Origin: Octopus sinensis | Lineage: Eukaryota | Direction: 5' to 3' | Assembly: GCF_006345805.1 (NCBI RefSeq) | Contig: NC_042997.1 | Span: 164,858,001-164,922,000 of the forward strand | DNA length: 64,000 nucleotides | Part shown: positions 11,650 to 25,757 of the stretch, piece by piece | How positions within the stretch are numbered: the first letter of the stretch is position 1 | Layout: the number at the start of each line of letters is the position of its first letter | Notes under the pieces: model-generated | What the model saw: the letters and a program-made list of their open reading frames with translations, nothing else | Databases searched by the model: none | Told to the model about the DNA's origin: nothing | Translations under genes and position numbers: made by a program

Positions 11650-11854
11650 TAAGTGATTAAATCAGTCGTGTGTTAGCAGCAAATTTTATTTGATCACGTG
11701 TACTCGATCATTTTTAACATTTTTGGAAGAAACAGAAGCTGAATATAACGATTTGCCGTAACGCACTGCTGTAAGATGACCTAGTAGCAGTAAAGTTATC
11801 TCACGAATTTTAAAAAAAAAATCAAATAAAAGCTGATATTTTTTCATAGGAAAA

Positions 11855-12400
11855 ATTATGTTCAGTCGTTCCTTAGAAACGGCAAATGGTTGTGGAAATT
11901 GACATTCTCATGTGACTTAATGACGCTTCTTAATGAGTTTAAAATTAGATCACAAGAGGATTCTGAGCATACATGAGACATAGATTTAAACCTTTCTACA
12001 TAAATTAACCTTTTTTTTTTTTTCTACTTCTGGTTAATGGTAAACATCTCCAACCACTTTCCGTGCTGTGAAAAATATAACCAAGAAGTGAATTCTCTAT
12101 TTCCTTTCAAATTCACTCAAACTGTTCTCAGAAATCTGAATCTACAGTTTTCAGCAGCCATTTTCAGATCTCGGTGAGAATGTAAAATATTGAAGATCGT
12201 TCAAAATACATTTGATTTATCGAAGAACTCCTGTCAGATTTTCAGTTGGTAGATATTGAGTTTTAGTCAATAGCATGCTAGAAAAAGTATAAATACCTCC
12301 CAGAGGAATTAAATACTTCTTTAAAATCATCTGCTTACATATGGGTTTTATCTTTGACACAGCCTACTTTTGAGGAGAAAAAAAACTTGTCTAAGACTTT
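11855..12400 (+). pseudogene. Decayed hAT (GTF2IRD2/SPIN/Charlie-like) transposase remnant
   Basis: Fragments KWLWKLTFSCDLMTLLNE, HFPCC and EELLSDFQLVDIEF resemble the C-terminal half of Charlie-group transposases; many stops and frameshifts. Confidence 0.55.
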
Positions 12401-13079
12401 ATGTGTTAAATCAATTTATAGGTCAGTGTTGATTAATTGCGACTTGCAATCAGGTTTGATTATTGGAACCGAAAAATTTCATCCACAATTTGTACCCCCA
12501 GCAGAAAAAAGTATGAAATTTGTGCAAAAAAAAATATAAATTATATGATAAAAAACACTAACGTAATTGAAAAGTAATCTGCTTTTTTAGTTACTAGTAT
12601 AGTTCTAGTATTCTTTTATTCGTCTTGATGACCAGTAAGATGGAAAACATTTCCAAATCGGCTCAATTCAAAAACCATAAAAAAAAATAATAAAAATGTG
12701 TCACCACTTGCAATATAGTAACAGTAAAAAGATAGGTCGTAGATGTCCAACTTGAACACTTAATATGTAATGTACTTACAAAAGAGTAAATATAACGATA
12801 TATATGTTCTTTTCGAATGACTCTAAGCAGAATAGTTTCATATAGCATTTCGGATCAAACTTCTCGTCAAGGATAAAGACCAACTAATAATAATTTGGCC
12901 CCTCTCGACATTCACTTCTTAAAACTGGCTAAATATCATAGAGTGGCGTTGAAGTAACATCTCAGCCATGACAGGACGCCCATTTATTACAAGGTATCAG
13001 CAGATACACCGAACTTAAGTTATAGAGAACGTGCACGAAGGCTAACAATAACAGCAGGTTTACATGCCTATTCGATATC

Positions 13080-13122
13080 TATACATATGTACACACATAT
13101 ATATACATACATATATCTACAA

Positions 13123-13161
<39 letters not shown>

Positions 13162-13171
13162 ATATATACAT

Positions 13172-13206
<35 letters not shown>

Positions 13207-13293
13207 CATAGATATATATATATACATAGATATATATATATATATACATTGATATATATACATAGTTATATATACATATATATACATATATAC

Positions 13294-13335
<42 letters not shown>

Positions 13336-13360
13336 CATACATATATATACATACACATAC

Positions 13361-13393
<33 letters not shown>

Positions 13394-13551
13394 CGTATAT
13401 ATATACATATATATATATACATATACGTATATATATACATACACGTATATACATACATATATATATATATACATATATTTATATATATATACATATATAT
13501 ATATACGTACATATATATGTATACATACATATATATATATACATATATATG

Positions 13552-13582
<31 letters not shown>

Positions 13583-13643
13583 GTATACATACATATATAT
13601 ACACATATATATATGCATGCATATACACATAGATACATACATG

Positions 13644-13697
<54 letters not shown>

Positions 13698-13710
13698 ATA
13701 TATATATATC
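13080..13710. repeat. (TA)n/(TACA)n microsatellite
   Basis: Directly visible. Confidence 0.95.
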
Positions 13711-14168
13711 CTTATATATTATAATTTTTCAAATCCTCCGCGCAAGCGCAGATTCACTCGGCAGCAAATTAAAATTCCGATTAAACTTCAGAAATTGCTA
13801 AAATATTTTCTTAAAATTAATATAGGGTAGGAAAAAGTATATATTTTTTTTCTACCAGTGGCCTAGTATGTTTACAAAGTTATTAGGCACATTTTTCAAA
13901 TAAAAATTAGTGTACATTTAAGCGCAAAGTATTTAATATGCTTTGCGGGAGAAACTGTTTTATCGAAAGCGTTTATTGTTAAATGCGCGAAATACGAGAG
14001 TAGAAAAAAACCCAACAACTGATGACGGGTCGTTCTCTATGTTGTTTGCCTTGTTTTCCATATGTGTCTTTCGTTGTTCGAAAAAAAAGTTCATATTCCA
14101 TGTATTTGTAATTCGTATTTTTTGTTATACACGTTTCATGACGTCCAGTGCCCAGATGTGCATATATA

Positions 14169-14208
<40 letters not shown>

Positions 14209-14682
14209 TATTATATATATATATAGATATATATATATACATACATATATATATATATATATACATATATACATATATATATATTATATATATATATATT
14301 AGTGAGTGCGCCCAAGAGTGTGCCCGTGTGTGTTGGGGCATCAAATTTACTTGCCAAATGTTTATGTTGTTGAAATTAGCTCCCCTTCCTGTTGGTTTTA
14401 AATTTTGAATATCCCACAGGGAGATTGTGCCGACTTATTGCATGGCTAGTCACTGTTGATCGAAGCTTTTGAACAAGCAGCATAACATGTGTGAGGAAGG
14501 ATGTTTGTTTCTAATTTTGTGATTCTAATTTTCGATCCTATTTCAACCTCGTGCGAAAATCTTCGGTCGTATAAATAAGTTGTGAGTGAACAATGAGCAA
14601 CTTTCTCGTGTGTGAGTATATGTGCATGTGTCTGTTTGTGTGTGCATAAAACACACACATATAATATGATATGTATTTGTAT

Positions 14683-14726
<44 letters not shown>

Positions 14727-15099
14727 TTGTGTGTGTATACCCATGTATATGTATACACACACACATAGACACTCATATGAATACACACATATACATATTC
14801 AACTGATAAGGTGGCTAGCAGAGTTTCAAATGCGGGAACATTTTAAGACACAAATATCATGTGCACGAATTCCAACCACAAGCTATTACAAACAACAAAC
14901 AACAGCAACAACAACGTCAACAACAGCAAGAAACAAGAATTAATAAACAAACCCACGTTCCTAGCTGCACAATAGCAAACTTTCAGAAAGAAACACTTTC
15001 TTCTCTTTTCATGTGGAAAAGCATTCGAGTTTAATACGTATGCGAATGTACAGTTTATTATTTTTTATGTTTATGTATTCACTTTTTTATATATGAACA

Positions 15100-15212
<113 letters not shown>

Positions 15213-15703
15213 ATATGTGTGTATATATTCAGTGTTCGTATTAGTTTCTGGCCAATGATTGCATTACGTAATTCAGGCTGCAAGACACCGACGCTGAGGT
15301 CAGTAAAAATATTACTTTGCAATTGACGTAAAGAGGGAAAGAGAATGAGAGGTGAAAGGGGAATGAGGGATACAGAAAGAGCGGGAGAAAGGAGATAAAG
15401 AGAGAGAGAGAGAGAGCAAGAGAGCTAGGGAGTACGAGAAGAGGGAAAGAGTTATTGAGTGACTTTATGAAGATAAATAGATAGACATACAGAAGTGAGA
15501 CAGACAGAAGAGAAGTTGAAATCAAGACGAGACGTAAGAGTGGGTGGTGGGCTATCTGGTGGTGGAGTTGAGAAAGAGAGAGGGAGAGTGAATGAGTAGG
15601 AAAGAAAATAAGAGTTAAAGATCTGGAGGTAGACACTGGAGATAATGAAGAGTTAATAAGAAAGGAGACAGAGAAACAGAGAAAGCAAGGGAAATTTAGT
15701 AAT

Positions 15704-15747
<44 letters not shown>

Positions 15748-15974
15748 ACATGGTATGGAATAAGAACTTGTTGCTCTGAGTTTTCAAATAAATTCCAGTG
15801 AAAATTCGTTACAACACTGAATGCGTCTTGAAAATCGTCAGACGTTTTTCGACTTCGTTTCAATACATCCACGTACGAAAGAATCTAGTTTTGTTTTTTT
15901 TCGATTTGCATCAATACAGTGTGTACCTAAGCAAGAAGCAACACCGACAACAACAACATTATTATTATTACCCC

Positions 15975-16777
15975 ATTACCGCCACCACCACCACCACCAC
16001 CTTAGCGAAGGTGGAGGTATTGTTTTTCAGTCGCGTTTGTTTCTTTGTCCGTAGACAAGATATCTCAAGAATCGTTGGATGGATTCGGATGAAACTTTCA
16101 GAGATGTTTGGCCTCGTGACTTACACGAACTGATTAGATTTTGGGTTCGATCGGGTACTGTACAAGGATTCTAGATTATTTTTCCGTTTTTTTTTTTTTT
16201 ATTTTACTTAATTTTTGAGAGCGGTCGGTTTCATTTTTACCGTTCTCGTTTGAGAGAGCAGTCGAGTTTATTTCAGACTAGCAGCATAGCCCAGCGTTGC
16301 CCGGGTATGTAAGAGCCCCTAGTAGGCAACGACTAATCCCAATCTAGTCTTTTCCCTCTAGGGAACGAAGGCGCATGTGTAGGTTGCAATGTCTTCCCTT
16401 CACTCGAATACTTCTGTGTATACGATGTTCCTAGCTGTCCCTTTGGGCGATAAAAAGGTCGAGTTGTGTCCCCTAGACAGAAAATGTGTTGCATATAAAA
16501 AGCTTAGATTCTCGACCCAATGTCGAATTTATCGATTTTTTTCAGAACTGGGGGAACTTTTCAAAATTTTCGCTGCGTTAGTTTTGAATTATGACATTGG
16601 GCTATGTGTGTGTCAAGTTTCATCAGAATCGGTTGAAAGCCGTGGTCAGGGTGAGGGTACAACCTGACAGACACACAGACACACACACAGACAAACTGCC
16701 GTTTATATATAGAGAGATATTCTCATTTTAAGAATCATCTCCAGCTAATCGTTGAGAGGACGTTGGTCTGCGCTCGC
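15975..16777 (+). mobile_element. Helentron-associated (HINE/DINE-1-like) element interrupted by a nested Helitron
   Basis: Palindrome CCACCT-TAGCGA-AGGTGG, core GGATGGATTCGGATGAAACTTTCAG..GATTAGATTTTGG and end GGTCTGCGCTC. The halves rejoin as TTTCAGA|TATTCTC around 16278-16717. Confidence 0.6.
16278..16717 (-). mobile_element. Non-autonomous Helitron-type element (second copy)
   Basis: Minus strand A|TCTCTCTATATATAAAC ... CCCGGGCAACGCTGGGC..CTAG|T; the 5' part is nearly identical to the 5' part of 11266-11649. Confidence 0.85.
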
Positions 16778-16828
16778 TTCTTTTTCTTCTTCTTCTTATT
16801 TTTATTATTATTAATGTTGTTGTTGTTA

Positions 16829-17265
16829 AGACGGCGAGCTGGCAGAATCGTTAACATGCCGGGCGAAATGTTTAGCAGTATTTCGTCTGTCGTCGTGTTC
16901 CGAGTTCAAATTCCGCCGAAGTCGACTTTGTCTTTCATCTTTTCGGGGTCAATAAATTAATCCCCAGTTGAACACTGGGGTCAATGTAAGTGACTCATCG
17001 CCTCCCCTAAAATTGCTGCCCTTGTGGAAAAGTTTGAAACAATTATTATTATTATCATTATTATTATTATTATTATTGTTAATTATCGCAGCGCGATGGA
17101 TTGTCAGAATTGTCAGAGTGTCAGAATAAATGCCTTTGCGGTACTCATTCCAGTTGTCTACGTTCTAATTTCAAATTCCACCGAGTTAACTTCGTCTTTC
17201 ATCCCTCCAGGATCGATAAAATAAAATTCCAGTCAAAGTTAGCTGGCCAGCCAATTTTGACTGGG
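16829..17265 (+). mobile_element. Two tandem SINE family C copies separated by (TAT)n
   Basis: GAGCTGGCAGAATCGTTA head, GAGTTCAAATTCCGCCGAAGTCGACTTTG B-box region and CTTTCATC..GGGGTC motif repeated. Confidence 0.7.
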
Positions 17266-17405
17266 AATATTCATCACAACAACGATGGCCACCACCACCA
17301 CCAGTCTTATAAGAAAATAGTCGTGGGCAAAAATCTGAATAATGATGGTTTTGCAAAGAGTCACAGTTCTGAGTCAACATGATTAATACTGGAAATGAGT
17401 AAGTT

Positions 17406-17456
17406 ACCAGTTCAGAAGAGAAACCAGTTCAGAAGAGAAACCACTTCAGGAGAGAA
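17406..17456. repeat. 17-bp tandem repeat, 3 copies
   Basis: ACCAGTTCAGAAGAGAA twice plus ACCACTTCAGGAGAGAA. Confidence 0.85.
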
Positions 17457-18413
17457 ACTACCAAGGTTGCAAATGAGGACATACAAGGAAGGTACACTAT
17501 ATTGCAAGTATTTTAGTGAGTTCGTATGTAAAGGTTTTCTAATTAGCCAGACTGATTTTTTGCTGGAATGAAAGGGTAGTCAATGAAGAAAGTCAGCTAT
17601 AAATAGGTGAACAGTACATTAACGTGGTTAGATGGTGAGCAGCTGTTTCTGATACTGAACTCTTGAGACGTAGCTTGGCTCTTATAGAATTCTGTTGTTG
17701 TTGCTATTGTTTACCTTCATGTTGCTATGAACGAACAGAGCTAAGATCAAAAACGTTCCAGTAGTGGCAGCTCGGTTTTTTCCTATATGTAGGGCAACTA
17801 AACAGTTCAGAGTATCCGCCTGTATACGGATCTGTCTGTAAATTAGAGATGAGGGATGTTTGGCTGCTACTTTGAAGCAAGTTAAGTGACCAGGCAGGGG
17901 TTAACTCCTTGGCATCTTTGATTTCTCAACTAGCCACATTATGTTTGAGATGTCTACCTTTACTGAGCGCAGTGAATCGTGGAATCGTCGCTCATTCAGT
18001 GTTGTAAATGAATTAATGAGCTTTGCTGTTCAAGTTTCTATTGAATAACTCCACCCGAGAATCAAAACTGGGTAACAGATCCATTTCCAGGAAAGAATGG
18101 GAATTAGGTGGACTAAACTAAGGATTGGCCAAATCGTTATCGCGCTTCAAACAGGAGCAGATGTACACACTAGTAGTTCAACCTCAATGGTTATGGCTTA
18201 CATTTGACGTCTTTTGTTTGAAGCCAGTGAGGTATTATAGTGATGTTATAGAAATAGAGCAAAATTACTGACTCACTACTTGACTATTGTCAGTAATCAT
18301 GAAGCTTTGAAATGTAGCCAAACATTTACAACAAAAACGTACTAGTTAAAAGAAATTTACAGAATAACATAATTCAACAAATCATCATCATCATCATCAT
18401 TATTATTATGAGG

Positions 18414-18630
18414 GCGGCGAGCTGGCAGAGTCGTTAGTACGCCGGGCGAAATGCCTATCGGTATTTAGTCTGTCGCGAAGTTCTGAGTTCAAATTCCGTC
18501 AAGGTTGACTTTGCCTTTCATCCTATCAGAGTCGATAAAATAAGCACCAGTCAGGCACTAGGATCGATGTAATCGACTTACCCAACTCACCCAAAATTTC
18601 AGGCCTTGTGCCTATAATAGAAAGGATTAT
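18414..18630 (+). mobile_element. SINE family C
   Basis: GGCGGCGAGCTGGCAGAGTCGTTAG..CTGAGTTCAAATTCCG..ATAAAATAAGCACCAG. Confidence 0.75.
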
Positions 18631-18719
18631 TATTATTGATAACGTGGACATGTGTGTTCTACTTGAGCTTAGCGTCGATCAATGCCTTATTAATGAAATT
18701 AGGTAGATGGAAATGTATG

Positions 18720-18755
<36 letters not shown>

Positions 18756-19299
18756 ATATATATATACAAATATATTATTAATAATAAAATTAATATACAC
18801 ACATAAGTAAGCATGATCCAGGGATCCAACTGTAGGGAATAAGTTTCGAGCATTTATGCGGCTTGTACACATGACAAAAGTTGGACAATATACGATAAAA
18901 CAAGTTTATTAATATCCTAAGTTATAACACATTTCGTCCCATATTGAAATTAAAAGGCATTTCGATAAGCTAACTAACAGTCACCATACAACTCATAGTT
19001 GAGCAACTAATGTTGCTAAAACTGTTCCGTTCCTTACTGTTTATATATATAATAACGAAGGTAACTGGAAACAATATAAAACCAAAAACGAAAAATTGAA
19101 TTATCACTGATGGTGCAGGGTATTATACACATTGCTAGAAACAAGAGTCAAAGACCTTTATAGCCACAGAAAGTACATTGTCTATGGACTGACAGGGGAC
19201 ATAACCGCCCCACAGCGAGTGAGGTCACTATACTAGCGAGCTAGTTTCAGTTGGAGTTAAAGCTCATCAGTAGTGATTATTCCATCGCTTGTGGTTAAG

Positions 19300-19336
<37 letters not shown>

Positions 19337-19337
<1 letters not shown>

Positions 19338-20059
19338 GTGGTCCGATCAATAAGTATCTGGACTGTTGCCATAGTAACGAAGCTAAAGCACGCAGAGTGA
19401 AGTCGCTTAGTACAGATTGACTTTGAACTCTGCTGTGCATGCGCACTAAGTTTTCATCGTTCTCGACACAATCAAGGAGATCTTGCGCAACTGAAACCCG
19501 AGTGTCTTTTTGATCAGCTGAAAGTAGTTTTGGTACAAACTTGGCAGACACGCGTCTCATACCCAAATCTTCATTGATAATGGACTGACCTGAACAATAA
19601 CTAATTTGCACATCCTCTGATAACTAACGGATGGTGATACGACGACTTCCCCTCGCAATTGCGCACACATCTGCGATGTTTGTCTCAGTTCTGCTGGTTG
19701 CGGGTCTCCCAGAACGTTCGTCAATATCGAGATTTTTTCGGCCAACTTAGAAACGTCTGAACCATTCGTATACTTTTGTGTGGCTCATAGATCCCTTTCC
19801 ATACACTTTCTGCAACTTTGTGTAGGCCTCTGAGCAGGTATCGCCATGACAACTTTCTCTGTCATGGTCAATGCGACAATCACACGCTACACACCTTCCT
19901 TCCAAGCACTGCTGTAAACAGCGGAAGTGAGTTAGAACGTTAAAACTTAATGCACATGCACAGCAGAGTTCAAGGTCAATCTTTGCTGAGCGGCTTCACT
20001 CTGCGTGATTTAGCTTCGTTACTATGGCAACAGTCCAGATACTTATTCATTAGACGTCG
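19337..20059 (-). mobile_element. Non-autonomous mariner derivative with about 120-bp TIRs
   Basis: TA flanks; arms 19337-~19455 and ~19940-20059 are inverted copies. The interior encodes a mariner N-terminal half on the minus strand (VYEWFRRF, DERSGRP, LGMRRVSAKFVPKLLS). Confidence 0.85.
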
Positions 20060-20071
20060 TATATACATAAC

Positions 20072-20232
20072 GAACTTCTCCCCAGTTTCCGCCCACCAAA
20101 TTCATTCACAAGGCATTAGTCGGCTTGGGGCTGCAGCAGAAGGCAAATTTATTCAAGATGCCGTGCAGCAGGATTGAACATGAAACTTCGTGGCTGAAAG
20201 GTGAACTTCTGAAACACAGTATTGCCACCGAC
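20072..20232 (-). mobile_element. SINE family A fragment, degraded
   Basis: CAGTTTCCGCCCACCAAATTCATTCACAAGGC matches the reverse complement of the family A body. Confidence 0.6.
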
Positions 20233-20509
20233 ATAAAATTTGAATTCCATACTGCTTCTGCTGCTCACAAACTCCAAATACCACCCAACAATCTTTCTAC
20301 TGCTGCGATCAACTTAGTGACCATTTTCTACCTTCTGGACAAGTACAACACCCCCCCACACACACACACACATCTCCCTCTCTCTCTTGCATCTCTATAT
20401 AATTAAAATAATTTAATGATTGTGTGTGGTGCGTGGTCAACTCACACGGATCGGCACGTAGAAAGTGAAGTTTTTTTTCTTCTTTACGTCTGACTACTGC
20501 ATAATGTAG

Positions 20510-20569
20510 ATAAATATAGACTCAGCAGGGACAGGGGGTTGGCACCCAGCAGCAACCACAAAACCTCAG
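20510..20569 (+). CDS. Weak candidate exon (60 nt)
   Basis: Upstream pyrimidine tract and AATGTAG acceptor, donor CAG|GTAAAC. Open in two frames (INIDSAGTGGWHPAATTKPQ or KYRLSRDRGLAPSSNHKTS). Confidence 0.2.
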
Positions 20570-20857
20570 GTAAACAACACAAATCGGTGAGGAGGGAGAG
20601 GAGGAAAGAAATTATGTCAGTAGGAGAGAAGAGGAGGAGGTGTTAAAGTAATCGAAGTTTCAGAAGTAGGTATGAGTAAGTAAAATACAAATGAGGTGGT
20701 GGTAGAAAGAGAGAGAGAGAGAGGGGGAGAGGGAGAGAGGGGTTGATCAAGAGTAGCATTTACCAAAGGAGAAAGAGACCGAGGAGGAGAAAGAGTAAGA
20801 GGCAAAGTTATGAAGGTGACCGGGAGGTATTTTTCAAAAGAATTTTAATCAGGTGTG

Positions 20858-20914
<57 letters not shown>

Positions 20915-21114
20915 CTGTTTATCTTTAGCAGACATGGCTGTTCCAGTATCCTAAGTCTAATTTTTGTCAACGTGTTTATCTGTGTTGTAAGTTTTGACAG
21001 CGAGTTCATCAGCGGGTGTGTATACGAGTCCTCGTTGATGTGTATGTGTGTGTTATGTCAATGTTTGTATGATTAATTTTAACGCGTGTATGTATGTGTT
21101 GTGTGTGCGCATAT

Positions 21115-21222
<108 letters not shown>

Positions 21223-21250
21223 ATCTACAGCATACTTACATATATATATA

Positions 21251-21319
<69 letters not shown>

Positions 21320-22389
21320 TGTATATCTACAGCATACTTACATATATATATATATATATATATAAGTGTATCTACAGCATGCCAGCTATTTTTATTTACC
21401 TGTCTATCTATTCTAAGATGAGAGAGGGAAGGTGTCTGTGTTTGTGGACATTGGTAAGTGAAGGAAAGCGGTGGAAAGAATAGAGTCATAGAAATAGAAA
21501 GGAAAAATAATTACATCTTGGCTTGATAGTGGTCCCTGACATCAATAGATAACTCAAAAACATTTACCTAAATAGTACACAAACAGATACGCTAACACGC
21601 ACATCATACAAACATAGACACTTATTCATTCAACACAAACCTAGATACATAGCTACACACGCATGCGTTACATCAAGCAATGTATAGCATTCTACAGACA
21701 TATGCATATAGGTAAATAGACAGATATAGACACGCACTCCACACAGACAAATGCATACACTCCATAAATGATACATACATGACCGCATATTAATAGATGA
21801 AAACAATGCATATATAAATTGAGAATGAAAAGAAAAAAAACTTTGTTGTACATTCATAATCAATTTCGGTATAAATGTGCTGCCTTTAAGATAGCGTGCT
21901 AGCGCTAGTCGTATATTACAGTTATGAAAATGGATTTCCGTCCCTTTCAACAAAGTGTTTTTTGGTTGAATGGTAAACTGAGCTCCTTACTCACTGAATC
22001 AAAGCGGAGGCTAGGTATTCCAGAAACACGTGTATCCTTAATGCAATTTTCAGGCTGAATCAGCGTGGTACATAGTATGACAAGGTTTGACCTAAATTAC
22101 AAGCACACACTATCTAGAAGGGATTCTGCGTAATCTCTGCCAACCCATTTTCATTCACAAAGTTTAGGTTGAACCTAACCATAATAAAAACACATGCCTG
22201 GGTCGCTACGCGCAGTAGGATCGAACCAGAGACTTTATAGTTGCGAAGTGGACCTATTTGATATCTTAAACGGCAGCTTCGGCTGCAGTGGCAACAATGA
22301 CGACGACTTGCCCTTATGTACTCAGCTAACCTACAGTGTCATATCCACATTCTCGCTGAAGTGGAAATCCATCACAAATTAAATGTCTA

Positions 22390-22693
22390 CTCTTTTACTT
22401 GTTTCAGTCATTTGACTGCGGTGCATGCTGGAGCACCGCATTTAGTCGTGCAAATCGACTCCAGGACTTATTCTTTGGAAGCGTAGTAATTATTCTATCG
22501 GTCTCCTTTGCCGAACCGCTAAGTTACGAGGACATAAACACACCAGCATCGGTTGTCAAGCGATGTTGCGGGGACAAACACACACAAACATATACACACA
22601 CACACATATATGCAACGGGCTTCTTTTCTGTTTCCGTCTACCAAATCCACTCACAAGGATTTGGTCGGACAGGATTAACTGTTATTAGAAAGA
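22390..22693 (-). mobile_element. SINE family A, 3' two-thirds
   Basis: TTTCAGTCATTTGACTGCGG..CATGCTGGAGCACCGC and TTTCCGTCTACCAAATCCACTCACAAGG. Confidence 0.8.
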
Positions 22694-22879
22694 CGATCCC
22701 AGGTTAGATTCGAAGTATGGACCTGAATTTTTAAACTGTGGCTGATAATATTCTTATCCACAGACACATTATTTCCAGTCCACTCTTGGACCAAGTGCAC
22801 AACCAAGAATAAATCACTTGAAGGCGACCGTTGATTAAATTGATCGAAATATATTGTAGATAAAAATATTGCAAATATA

Positions 22880-23186
22880 GGCGCAGGTGTGGCTGTGTGG
22901 TAAGAAGCTTATTTCTCAACCACATGGTTTCGGGTTCATTCCCACTGAGTGGCACCTTGGGCAAGTATCTTCTATAGCCTCGGGCCGACTAAAGCCCTGT
23001 AAATGGATTTGGTAGACGGGAAGTGAAAGAAGCCCGTCGGGTGTGTGTGTATATATATATTTATGTGTGCGTGTCTTTGTTTCTGTGTTTGTTCACCCAA
23101 TATCACTTGACAACCGATGTTGATGTGTTTACGTCCAGTAACTTAGTGGTTCGGCAAAAGAGACGATAGCATAAGTACTAGGCTTA
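22880..23186 (+). mobile_element. SINE family A, 3'-truncated
   Basis: GGCGCAGGTGTGGCTGTGTGGTAAGAAGC head and family body. Confidence 0.8.
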
Positions 23187-23274
23187 TATATATTTCCATC
23201 TACCTAATTACAAATATGAGGTTCACTGATTGGAAAACTATAATTTTATGATGTACAGCCATCTTGGGGGTGCC

Positions 23275-23680
23275 TTTACAACCAACCCGATGACCTTCGG
23301 CCTGGCTGTCTCTGTGATACCAAGCATGTTGTAAGCTAGCCTGCAAACCCAATGCATCCCATCTTGATGTGATCACATCTTGCTTACCACCCATTGCTTT
23401 TGCTCGGCATATTTCCTTCTCTTACCCTCTTTTGTCTCATCAAAGCAATCCTTCAAGTGAATGAAGAGTTCTAGCAGAACCACCTGCTGGGCAATTCTGA
23501 GATCAAAACCATATCCAGCTTAGTTGATGTCGAAATGAACAGTTTCTGGGATATTCAGCTGCTTCTCCACGTCGACTTTCAGCTCCCAGTCTCTTGCTAT
23601 TGCAAGTAGATTCAAGGAAATGGACCAAGCAGCTGGCGTTTTCACATCAGCTCTGACATAGGTGATAAACTTGAACGGAA
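23275..23680 (-). mobile_element. Remnant of a REL-endonuclease non-LTR retrotransposon (HERO/R2-group-like)
   Basis: Minus translation LLAIARDWELKVDVEKQLNIPE..QQVVLLEL..KRRKY..AYNMLGIT resembles HERO-type REL domains as recalled. Confidence 0.6.
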
Positions 23681-25155
23681 TTGCTTATAATGGCCAATCT
23701 CACTTCGAACGGTGTCTGCTATGACTTTCAATACCTGATCATGCCTCCAGCGGTAGCAGTTGTACGATAAAATAATTTATGTCAATTGAATAGGGAATTT
23801 GCCAAAAATAAATAAATAAATTTTATATTCCAAACTTGAACGAGTGTGTGATTGTGTGCGCGCGCTAAATATTAACTTATTATTCCATATGATAGTAATA
23901 TGAGAAGAATGTCTTAATTTTGAGTTTTATCAGGGTCGACCTGGCCTTTCCCAGAGTCAATAAAGAGTTACGAATTGGGTTCGATCTTAATCGAATTGTG
24001 ACCCAGTAACTATGTTAAACGCCTTGTATCTACGCTAGAAATCGATACAAGAACATATTCTACATAAGAAACATATTGAAGCGGTGAGGCCTTCTTCGGA
24101 TGTAAGATAGAATGAATGTGCTGAGAAGACTATTTTCGTCGAGATGCCTCTTGCGGTTTGTATTCTCAATAATCGGTCTGTTCAGAGTTCTATATAACAG
24201 AAAAAAAGCGCTGTTTTATCTTGTTTCACGGCCACATTTCCGTATAAATAAATAACAGAGTATGAAGATATGTATTAGATATGCTGAGAAAGCAGTCAGA
24301 TTTTTACATTCTCTTATTTACTCATAATGAGCTTTGTTAAGTATTAGTTCTAATGTCATATCAACAGTCCTCTTTTCATTCAGCAAGGCACCTATGAGAG
24401 CGGCTCGACTTACAAGAAATAGCAGTAAAGCTTCTCTTAAACAATACCTTACTCTCTTTTTTAAAAAGGGAACATGACTAAATACTTAAAGATAACTGCT
24501 TCTGAAAAAATACAGAAGGGGTTGTTAGAAGGAAACTGCTTATTAATCATGGATCTGTTCAGGCAGGGTTGACCTCGAGTTGAACAACAACAACAACAAA
24601 ACACTATCTACCACATCTGTCATAAAATACACACAATATGTGAGATTATATTTGATTAAATATATTCTGAAAAAAATATCTTGTTTATCTCGGATTCAAC
24701 AAATTAGATGAATATGGAAGATAACTAATGTAGTGGCTTTTATGTGTATGTGCCATTATATCAAGGTGTGTGTGTGTATGCATGTGTGTGTGTATATGCA
24801 TGTGTGTGTGTATGCATGTGTGTGTGTATATGCATGTGTGTGTGTATGCATGTGTGTGTGTGTAAACATGTGTGTGTGTATGAATGTAGGGGTGAAACTG
24901 AGTGATTGTATGTGAAATCGTGCATGAGATTATGTGAGTGTATATAAAATAGTGACAGGGATTGTGTGTATGTGTGAATGTGAGGGTGTGCATATGTATG
25001 TGTATGTGGGTGAGGATATATATGTGTATATGCATGTTTGGTGTTTATATAGATATGTGCATGTGTGTGAAGTAGTGTGAAAGAAATTGTATGTGAATAT
25101 GTATAATAGTGAGATAGTGTACAGGTGTGTGAAGAATGCATGCGCGCATGCATGC

Positions 25156-25193
<38 letters not shown>

Positions 25194-25391
25194 GTGTATG
25201 TGCATGTGTGCGTGCGCCAAATGTCTTTTTTCAGCACAAGAAAGTTAGTTCCAGTATATTTTTACACATCATTATATATAAACCTGCATCTTCAAACTAT
25301 CTGTGGCATGAATGAAATCTTAAAATAGACAGATATAACGTCTTTGTATAAGCACTTATAAGATATTGGTTAGAGGTCTTGTATTGACATT

Positions 25392-25757
25392 TCTTTTACC
25401 TTTTGTTTTTCTTGTTTCAGGCATTGGACTGTGGCCATGCTGGGACACCACTTTTAAGAGTTTTGCCAAATAAATCGACTCCAGTGCTTATTTTAAGTCT
25501 GTTAGCTATTCTATCGGACACATTTGCCGAAACGTTAAGATCTGGAAACAAACGAACGAACACCAGTTGTCAAGAGATGTTGGGACACACACACACACAT
25601 GACAGGCTTCCACTCTCTTTCCATCTATCAAATTTACTGATAAGGCATTGGTTGACTCGGGGCTTTAATAGGTGACATTTACCCAACGTGCCCCGCGGTG
25701 AGACTGGACCCAAAGCCATGTGGCTGCAAAACGAGGTTCTTAACAGTACAGCCATGC
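25392..25757 (-). mobile_element. SINE family A, degraded full-length
   Basis: GGACTGTGGCCATGCTGGGACACC tail at left and head remnant CAGTACAGCCATGC at right. Confidence 0.7.

Noticed and set aside
14015-14090. CTGATGA with a downstream CGAAA as a hammerhead
   Set aside because: No stem II pairing and no stem III or NUH site in the right order.
18050-18100. NWVTDPF as a hAT dimerisation-region remnant
   Set aside because: Too short, with no supporting flanking motifs.
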